Source of the DNA: Octopus vulgaris
Lineage: Eukaryota
Direction of reading: 5' to 3'
Length of the DNA stretch: 62,000 nt
Assembly: GCA_951406725.2 (NCBI GenBank)
Contig: OX597824.1
Span: forward strand, 32,384,001-32,446,000
The notes under the pieces were generated by a model. It was not told where the DNA came from. It was given only the letters and a program-made list of their open reading frames with translations, and ran no database searches. Shown one piece after another: positions 52,666 to 62,000 of the stretch; the first letter of the stretch is position 1; every line of letters begins with the position of its first letter. A program made the translations under genes and the position numbers.

Positions 52666-55600
52666 TATTATTATCATTATTATTATTATTATTATTATTA
52701 TTAATTTTTGTTTAGCATAATTTTATCCTTTGACATGCAAGCAATCAAAATAATTGTAATAGTGTGCCTATATGTATATGTAATTATTACTTTGAACTTG
52801 TATTTCAATTAAGGAATTTAAAATATTTTATATTATTTAAAGCTATGGATTTATAAAATAAACTAAACTAACCAGTTACTAGAGAGAAAAAAACAGAGGA
52901 ACTCTATAAGCAAAAATTTTGTTTTAAAACTTATGTGAATAACATTACAAATCGTTGAGGATAAATGATCAGTATTTATTGTTGTTGTTGTTTGAAATAC
53001 ATCTTGAAATGACTACTGCTACAAGAGGAACTTATTTCATTAACACTGGAAAGATGAAAGACAATGTCAACTCAGGTTTTGATCTCGAAATGTAATAATA
53101 CATGGATACAAATGTCAGAAATTTGGGAGAGAAAATACTCAGACAGTCAACTATATTGAGTCCGGTATTTGACAGGCACTCTATTTTATTCAACAAGGTG
53201 GGATGAAAAGTAAAGTTGACCTTGGTGGGATTTGAACTCATAATGTATAGAACTGGAAGAAAAAATGTAAGGCATTTTAATCTGATATTCTACTGATTCT
53301 GTCAATATACCACTCTTTGGAACATAATAAGAATGGTTTCAAATTACGGCACGAAGCCAGCATATGTTTTAGGGGCTGGAATAAGTTGATTTCATCAAAC
53401 CTAGTGGTCAACTGGAAGTTATTTTATTAACCCCAAATGGATGACAAACGAAGCAAGTTTGGAAGTATCTGAACTCAGAATGCAATGCTAGATTAAATGC
53501 TGCTAAGCATTTAGTCCAGCATACAACTGATTCTGCCAGCTAACTACATAAATGTAATAATAATGGTAAAAGTTTCTTATATTGGCACAAGACCAGTCTT
53601 TTTTTAGTAAGGGATTAAAATAGACAGAATCAAGTCTCTGTAAGTTTCTGGTACTTTATTGACCCTTGAGTTAGGATTTCTGCTGAAATTTCTAAAAAGA
53701 TGTAACTATACCAATAGGTGTTTTGTCCAACACTCTTGATTCTGTCATCAATGATAATAGTAGTTTTGTTATGTACATTTTGCATAGGTTATATATTTGT
53801 AAGAACAAGCTATAACTGACTACAGTATATTACTGGTACTTATTTATTAACCCTTCAAGGATAAATGCACAAATCTTTCATGAAGGTGCAAACATTAAAT
53901 CAACTTCAAAAACATTTTGTTGCTAATATTTTTGAAGATTATTAATTAATAATATCAAACTTTTAAAATGGGTACAAGTATAACCTTGTTGATTTAATAA
54001 AACTCATTCTATTTAATCTTAAGAGAAGAATTATAAATTTAACGGGGTTGGTATTTGAGCTTTAAAGACTGAGGTTCTCAGTTTTAGATATTGTTCTCTA
54101 TTAGTAATTAAACCACAACTATCAGCTATGTTTCAACGAATTAACATACTATAAATAGATATATAATGCAATCAATCAGCATTCCTTGATTTCAAATTAC
54201 ATCTAAAGAGGGAGCTACAAAACTATTTATACACATTTTAAAATTATAGAAGCTTAATTGATTAGATTAATTAATATTAATTGACAAAGGAGCATTTAAT
54301 TGAATGTTAGTATTTTAATTTATCTTCATGTATGAAAGAAATTTGAAATTTTTGGTAATATATTCTTGTATCAGTATAGGTTTTTATGCATATAGTATTG
54401 ATAGACGTGTAATTGTGTTGTGTGTACCTTTCATGTACACTTAATATTAATCAATGGTTAATTAAATTAAACCTCAAAAATTGTTGTCTAAGAACATTAG
54501 GGGTTTTAGCATAGAGCTAACATTACTAGTAATAATCAGGAAAAGAGTATTTTAAAATACAAAACAAATAGAAAAAAGACTCAAGGTCAGGAACATATTA
54601 AAAGACAATCTAAAATAATTGTAACAATTGTAATAAACTAAACATTTTCAACTTCAAAAAACACAGTATGTGATGTATAGAATTGTAATTAAACCAAAAT
54701 GATGGTAACAAACTGAAACTTTAAATTGTATTGCACTTTTTGAATCTCCTCTAAAATACATATATATTGGTATTATTTAATATTTTGACTCATAATGTGC
54801 TGCTTTAATTTAGATATGAATAATTTGAATAATTATAAAATATGCAAGTTGTAATACAACAAGGAAGGCATACAATAAATAGCAAAACAAAATAACAATG
54901 GCAAGAATATAGATAGATAAATGGTGATAATGTGGCATTGAAGCTGTGCGACAATAAATGATAGTTATGGCAGAGTCACAAATATTAACATAGGTGCTCA
55001 GATATACTCGTGTATTTATAAATAAATAAGGAAGAGTTTTTGAACTAAAGTGATCTACTCTCATCTAACAATTTTAATGTATAAGGCTAAGTAGCTTATA
55101 TTTTGTGCAGTGTGCCAAACTTAAAGAAAAATATGAGAAACTGAATATATTAGGGGAGGAAAAATAATAAAGATGCTGCTGTTGATGTCTAAAAAGTTAA
55201 GTATTTAATAAACAATATACTTTTTCTTTTTAAATGTTACTTATCAGAAATAGAACTAATTTGTGTCATTTATGTCATAATTATTTTATCGTCTTTAATT
55301 TTTGAAAAGCAGTCTAATAGAAAAAGTAATTTAATTTGAAGCTATGAGTTAATTAGTAATTTTAAAAAAACATAGTTATGATTATTTTTGTTAAACTAGT
55401 TATGATTTTATATAATGAATTAAATTAAGTTAATTAAGATATTAAGTTTACATATCCAAGAAAATATTGAAATACAATTTGTTTGTGATTCTTGAGAAGC
55501 TGAAAATTATATAGAATTCGGTACTGCATTAGTTTTAAAATATAGTTACTAAGTGAGTAGCTGAAAGAAGTTTAACCATTCAGATCGGAAATATTAGAGT

Positions 55601-55949
55601 ACAATTAATGTTCTTCCAATTTAGAATGTCTGGTTATCTGTTCTGATGATATTAAAGATCAAGTATGTTAATAATTATTGGCATTGATGAAAGGACACGA
55701 AAATGGACATACAGTAATGTATGGAGGTACATTAGGGTATGTGAAGGTTTAGCTTTAGCATCAAGATGCTACTCTATCCCAAGTAAGATTCCTAGGAAAT
55801 CTGGCGACTATTTCTGACAGGATGGACGGTTCAGGTCAAATACATAAAAAAGATATATGCACAAACACACACACACGCACACATAAACACACACAAGCAC
55901 ACACACACGTATATATATGTCAAAATTTGAGAGATTACACATGAACAAT

Positions 55950-56110
55950 GGAACAATAAAAGAACTGAGAGAACAATTGTGCGTAACAGGAATTAGATGT
56001 AGTGTGCATGAGAGAAGACTACATGACTCTTGGCCACAGATATGTCAAGCAATCCAGACAGAAGGAACCTGCAGAAGAGGAAGACTGGACATTGTCATCT
56101 GTATGAGATT
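55950..56110 (+). mobile_element. Decayed RTE-clade LINE 3' fragment
   Basis: ELREQLCVTGIRCSVHERRLH...EGTCRRGR, similar to the copy at 61690-62000. Confidence 0.65.
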
Positions 56111-56260
56111 ATCTTCAAAATTTGTATTGTAGTATTCTGGACTTGAAGATTGTCCAGAATACATTTGTTTCTGTAATCTGTTTGGATTCACTGTGATAAA
56201 AAAACTTACTGTTAGGTATAAGGAAAGAAGTTAGAATTGGAAATACACAAGATAATTCTA

Positions 56261-56331
<71 letters not shown>

Positions 56332-57453
56332 TATATATATGATGTAATATCAAAACGTGAACAATTAGAAATTATAGGAGCAATTTATCTACGAAGAGTT
56401 TTAAAAGAAAAAGTTCGTTGTCATTTGAAAAATCAAAAGGACTTCAATTCATTACATTTAACAAACTTTGTATGTTAAGAAAACTTTATTTCTTTGGTGA
56501 TTCATAAATTGGGAATGACATTGGAGATGCAATTGAAATTAAATGAAATTCAGTAAATCTCAAATAAAATAAAAACTGCCATTAATCATTTACTGACTCT
56601 AATTCGAAAACTTTTCAGTTGTGAAATTGCTAAACAAATATTACATTCAAATCAGATAAAAATAGGAATATTGCTCTTAAGATATTAAAGTGTGCATATT
56701 TATAGATTTAATATTTTCTGACTTTACTACACAGTCTTGCAATTTTTAAATGGTTCCAACAGAATTTAAATAATGATATGCTTTAATCAGTTAATCCTGT
56801 AGTTGAGATTAGATAATAAGTGAAGATCAGGTAATCATTTAATACCAGTCATTAATCTACAGTTAAGATCAGGTTGTCTATTCCTACTTGTGAGTAAATC
56901 CAAACATTGGAGTCACACTAAGAAACTATTTCTTATGCAATGATTTGAGTGTCTTAAACTCTATATCACAGGCATATAGAATGGTGACAGATATAAATAG
57001 ATTCAACACTTTAAATGGGTGAGAGACAAGGGTTGGTGACAGGAAGGGCATCTGGCCTTAAAATTTGCTATAATAAACTCTGCTTGACCCATGCAAACAT
57101 GGACAAGTTGATACTAAAATGATGATGACGATGCCAATAATATCTATCTATCTATATATATATATATGGTGATAATGTGGCATATATGCACACACACACA
57201 CATGTGTGTGTTTTGTTTGAAACACTATGATCAATATTACTATTATCATTATATGTCAGTCTGGAAGACTGTATGTAAAATGATATGTGTGTGTGTGTGT
57301 GTGCTGTATAATATAATAATATATCTACACACACAAATACTGTATATGCATATAATATATATTGTACATATATAATGTATAATATATATTTTTAACACAT
57401 ATATGCATATATTACATATAATATACATGCATATATAATATATATGATATATA

Positions 57454-57497
<44 letters not shown>

Positions 57498-57500
57498 AAT

Positions 57501-57768
57501 TAGAGAAAAAACCACTATTATGCAATTCAAACAATGATAGACATAAACCAAATCATAAAGAAAAAATAAAATATATTATAAAATACATAACTAGATCACA
57601 AAAAGGGCAAAAAAACGTACGTAGTCTTTTTACTTATTATATATTGTTTAGTCCTTTTTTTGTACTTTTTGTGATCTAGTTGTATATTTTATAATATATT
57701 TTATTTTTTCTTTATGATTTGGTTTATGTCTATCTTTGTTTGAATTGCATAATAGTGGTTTTTCTCTA
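57501..57768. mobile_element. AT-rich fold-back element with arms of about 105-115 bp
   Basis: 57501-57605 is the near reverse complement of 57665-57768. Confidence 0.88.
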
Positions 57769-58469
57769 TTTTATATATATTATATATTTATATTGTGAAA
57801 TTTGATTTAATACTAAATTAAATTTTTCCTTGTAAGTTTGGAGTTATACGCCCTAATATTATATAAATAAAATGAGTAGTACCTGTAATTAAAAGGACAA
57901 GCCTTTTCATATTCTGTGTCACATTGAATCTCCTTGAGAACTACATTAAGGGTACACATACTGTGGAGTGCTCAACCATTTGCATGCTAATTTCATGAGC
58001 AAACTGTTCCGTTGATCAGAGCAACTGGAACACTAATTGTCATAACCAACAGGGTGCCAGTTATATATGTTTATATGTACATACAGATAATCGTCCTATT
58101 TGCCTCTTCATGCAGCATTTTATTTATAAACTGAATATTATATATTGACTACCAATTCATTTAATAGTGTTTGTGCATGGTCAGTGTGTATTGTATGCAC
58201 TTGAATTATATATATATAAATAGGATGGTTATGGGATCAGGAGCTGAATGAATGAAATATATATATATATTATACAACCACGTTTATACATATAAATGCA
58301 ATAAAAATATACAGCAATATATTTGTTATGATCACACATTTGTAACAAAATAATCTGGTTTGAATGAAGGATTTTGTGAGAGTACATAGTTTGTTAGTTA
58401 TTGACAAACTTGCCATTGTTATGATGTCTTATTGAAGACGTTTGGGTTCTAGTAAACACACAGTTGCAA

Positions 58470-58510
58470 AAAGAATAATAATGATAATAATAATAATAAT
58501 GGTAATAATA

Positions 58511-58568
<58 letters not shown>

Positions 58569-58585
58569 TAATAGTAATAATAAAA
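58470..58585. repeat. (AAT)n microsatellite
   Basis: Seen directly. Confidence 0.97.
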
Positions 58586-59345
58586 GAAACAACTGTGACA
58601 AAAAATGAAATGAAAATCTCTGGAGAAAAACCACTGCAGCTTTATTAAAAGTCTTAAAGCAAATTATTAAGAAAAAGTAGCTAAACCAAATGTCTAAAAG
58701 GTTAGATGACTAAAGATTACATCAAATACATTGTTGGTGAAATCAAAGTTGACTAAAAATAAATAAATAATAATAACAAAGAAAAGAAAATTTCCAAACA
58801 GAATCACTTTCTCTTTACTTTCCAAACAGGAAAAAAACAGCATTTATGTGGTCCAATCTGAACTCATGAGAAGAAAATATTGTATTACGTCTTGGTAATT
58901 TCATTTGTTATTACTTTAAGATATGATACAGACACTTAATAGAAAATAAATCAGTTTTGCGATTTAATGAAGGGTTTGTTTCGTTAGTGCTTGTTGAATT
59001 TATTAAAAAGGAAATTAATGTTAAATATCTATAAACTCTATGTTTCAAAACAGACAATAGGAGAGAGATAGATGATGAAGAAATTAGAAATTTCAGAATA
59101 GTTACTATTATAGAAGTAACAAGAAGACAGTGCCATGCAGGTGTAAAATAGGTTAGCAAAAGGTATGGAAAGATGAGAGGAAAGTAAAGAATTGATTAGT
59201 TGGTTTTCTTTCTTAGGAATGAAAATAAAAACAAACAAACAAAAAATAAAAACAATGCTGTATTGTCTAGTGAGGTGGTAATTGTTGGGTGTTTATCCAA
59301 ACTCAACCCATGCTGTTTAAACTGACAGAAAGGAAACTTATATAC

Positions 59346-59372
59346 CTGGCTAGTTCCACTGAGATGGTCTCT
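59346..59372 (-). CDS. RyR: RyR 27-nt microexon: (R)ETISVELA(R)
   Basis: Acceptor ...ggctccgtTAG, donor AG|GTATAT. Phase 2 to 2. Supplies the ELxR expected just before HRP of exon 50859-51007 and was the only such candidate I found upstream. Confidence 0.7.
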
Positions 59373-60521
59373 CTAACGGAGCCATAAGTAATGTGATGTG
59401 GATAAATAGATGTTCAAAAGAAAGACAAAATATACTTAAATCAGTTTGAGTCGTAAGAAGGAAATGCTTCTACAAATACAAATATACATGTCTGCACATA
59501 CATATATGGACACTTTCATAATTACACACATACACACACATACACACATATACATATATACACACATATAAATATAAAAATATACATATGTGTACATATG
59601 TATATGTGTGTGTGTCTATATATATATGCACACGTACATGCACACACACACACCCACATACACACATGCAAATATATATTTTCAAAGATATTACAATGGC
59701 TAGAAATAAATTTTAATAGAAACACTAAAGGTAAAAAAATACTTTAATTCATAAATAATTGCAAAATGATACCTTCCAGTCAGTGTATATATATATACAT
59801 ATATATATATATACTAGAGTATATTGATAAAATATATATATAAACAAAAATACATGATGAAAACACTCCTTTACGAATATTTGTGTGAGTGCCTGCATGA
59901 TATTTATGAAAATAAGCACTTATATAACTGTGTGTGTGTGTGTGTTTGTGTTGTGAGTATGTGTAATTCACACATGTTTAAGTATAAAGTGTATTCACTG
60001 AATGTTCCTTCAATTCATTTAATAGATACAAACATCAAACATTAATCGTGATTTTTTATTATTTTTTTCATGACATATGATTGTTACAAATATTACGTAC
60101 ATTGATATTAAATACAAAAGCATACACTGCCTAGCAGGTGAAAGTTAACATGAATATAACAAAATCTTGACTATTTAGTTTCAAACTGTTGTAGTTAAAA
60201 AACATTTTTATACCAAAATCACTGAAGTGTAACATCCTTTTGTATATAATTATAATGTGTGTCTATTTATGTTTAGTGTGTATGTGTGTGTGTGTGTGTG
60301 TGTGTGTATTTATTGTTGATGTCATATGAATTTATAAACTTTTGAAGAATAATTCTTATTTGGAATATTAACTCTTAAAACACACTACATAATGCTAAAG
60401 ATAATGGGGTTGATGTAGGACTTGAACCCACATTGCTGGTATGCCTGTCTTACAGGCAGCCTTCAACTTTTTCTATCTAAAAGAGATTTTCAACCCCATA
60501 TAAATATTTGTTTTTATATCG

Positions 60522-60731
60522 ACATATATTTGCCAACTAAGTGTGGCGTCCTATACAGGACAGGTATATCTCCTCCAACTGGCTAATGACACACTTTCTG
60601 TGTCTGATTAGTATTTTGTGAGAGAAAATCATCGCTGCCATCTCTAGCCTTATGTGATACACACGGGTTCGAGTTTCTGGGTGGTTACCTGTCCTCAGTG
60701 TGTGTTAATCACTTAGTTGGCAAATATATGT
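60522..60731 (-). mobile_element. Element with perfect 22-bp inverted ends and a decayed hammerhead
   Basis: acatatatttgccaactaagtg (60522-43) and its reverse complement (60710-31). The body resembles the arms of both palindromes (753 and 11892). Confidence 0.8.
60657..60703 (-). ncRNA. Decayed hammerhead motif
   Basis: ACACA-CTGAGGA-CAGGT-AACC-ACCCA-GAAAC-TCGAACCC-GTG-TGT. The core is intact, but the triplet is GUG (non-cleavable) and the stems are eroded. Confidence 0.4.
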
Positions 60732-61042
60732 TATGGTTCCACACTACTACTGTTTATATCTCGCTCAGAGATTTAATTTAACATTTATATATCAAGTTAA
60801 ACATTAAAAACAATTTAACATCAAACTGAACAATAACTAAATGCTTTTTGTATATATTTATTGAACTTTTACAAAAAGAAGGGTGACAGTGACCTCAAAG
60901 TTTTGGTCTGTTAGGATAAAGAATAAAAATATCTATTCAAAAAATGAGAATTATTAATGGTTGTCTGAATCACAAGTGACCAGAGAAATTAATTTGGACT
61001 TTTGTACTTTGAAATAAGTAAGAGGCATCACTATGTAAAGAG

Positions 61043-61315
61043 TTAAATTGTCAATTGCACTGGAACAACACTTAGTGCATGGTGGATATGGCTCTTTTCT
61101 TGAGTTGGAAATTGAGCAGAGAAGGGGCTCCAGATTTGTTTGCTAGCATTTTTCAATTTCTGATGTATGACAATGGCCTCTTCGTGGGAGGAAGTAAGCA
61201 TTAGGATATTGTCCATGCATTTTGAGAAGAAGATGAAGGAGTGGCAGGTACTAAGCACCATGTGCTTCGACTGGTTCATGGATGTGATAGTCAGAAGTCT
61301 TGATGGGCTTGATCC
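61043..61315 (-). pseudogene. Decayed reverse-transcriptase fragment, Penelope-like pattern
   Basis: GSSPSRLLTITSM...FFSKCMDNILML..HEEA...KLKN follows the GSPxSxLLxxxxM...RY(M/V)DDIxx spacing. Confidence 0.4.
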
Positions 61316-61398
61316 CTAAGGTTTACTGATTAAAGAGGATGAGAGAAAGAGTGAGTCTGTGTATGTGAGAGTGTGCATGTGTGTGTGAGAGAGAGAGG

Positions 61399-61445
<47 letters not shown>

Positions 61446-61689
61446 GATAATGTGTGATTGAAGGCTGTCAATATAGAAAATTAGAGAGGGCAGCATTGAG
61501 AATGAAGGATGGATAACAACGGAAATGATTCTGAGTAATAAGAAGGATAAATGGTTTGAAGGAGAATCAAGTGGAGCATGTAGTTCTGTTCAGATTTAAC
61601 TACAGCAGTATAACATTGTGGTTAGAGTGATGATGAGTACTGGAATGTGCTTATAGATACACATAGTGCTTCCAGAATCTCAGCTTTGC

Positions 61690-62000
61690 CAAGGTAGGTG
61701 GGCCTCCTCAAGAACTGCAAACTGCCAGTCATTATGGCTCTTTGTTTTCTCTTCTATGAAGTTCAAGATCCTGATATCAGCCTTTACTACATCATCCCAG
61801 GTCTTCCTGAATCTTCATCTTCTGCAAACTCTGTCCACATAAAGTGATCAGCACTTCTTTATACAGCTGTTCTCATCCATATGGACATCTCCTCTCACAT
61901 GTCCATATTACACATATCCATAGTGCAGTCTTCCTTCTTGCATACTGCACCTAAATCCACTCATGCCCACTTTTTCTCTGGGCACATTTGTATTTTGCTG
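61690..62000 (-). mobile_element. RTE-clade LINE 3' fragment (continues beyond the window)
   Basis: REKVGMSGFRCSMQEGRLH...MDENSCIKKC..L.VD.VC.R.R.RKTWDDVVKADI. Confidence 0.75.

Noticed and set aside
56210-56257. 48-nt segment with TAG acceptor and GTAAGT donor
   Set aside because: It contains TAA in the phase-2 frame required by the host intron, and it is not RyR-like.
59373-62000. Search for the next upstream RyR exon
   Set aside because: I found no segment with RyR-like translation and proper splice sites. It probably lies beyond the window.

Overview
AT-rich, microsatellite-rich animal genomic DNA. The SINE and simple-repeat landscape resembles an octopus (coleoid cephalopod) genome; this is an inference. 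The whole window is the interior of a ryanodine receptor (RyR) gene on the minus strand. I traced 18 GT-AG exons by hand (59372 down to 514; 2138 nt, about 712 codons), and their phases join without a break. They cover the C-terminal bridging solenoid, the calmodulin-binding helix and the start of the central domain. The gene runs off both ends of the window. The set includes a 27-nt microexon. There are also two phase-matched candidate cassette exons (48 nt and 69 nt) and one weak 21-nt candidate. Introns hold decayed CR1, RTE, R4/Dong-type and Penelope-like retroelements, mariner remnants, a TTAA piggyBac-like MITE, many SINEs and long (TA)n tracts. The most unusual signal is six hammerhead-ribozyme-like motifs and six fold-back or inverted-repeat elements. 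One element combines a tRNA-like Pol III head, a hammerhead and an inverted copy of its own 3' tail. In two families the inversion boundary falls within a few nucleotides of the predicted self-cleavage site. This suggests small non-autonomous, Penelope-mobilised, ribozyme-bearing elements. All coordinates were counted by eye and no database search was run. No CRISPR arrays or genuine rRNA/tRNA genes were found.
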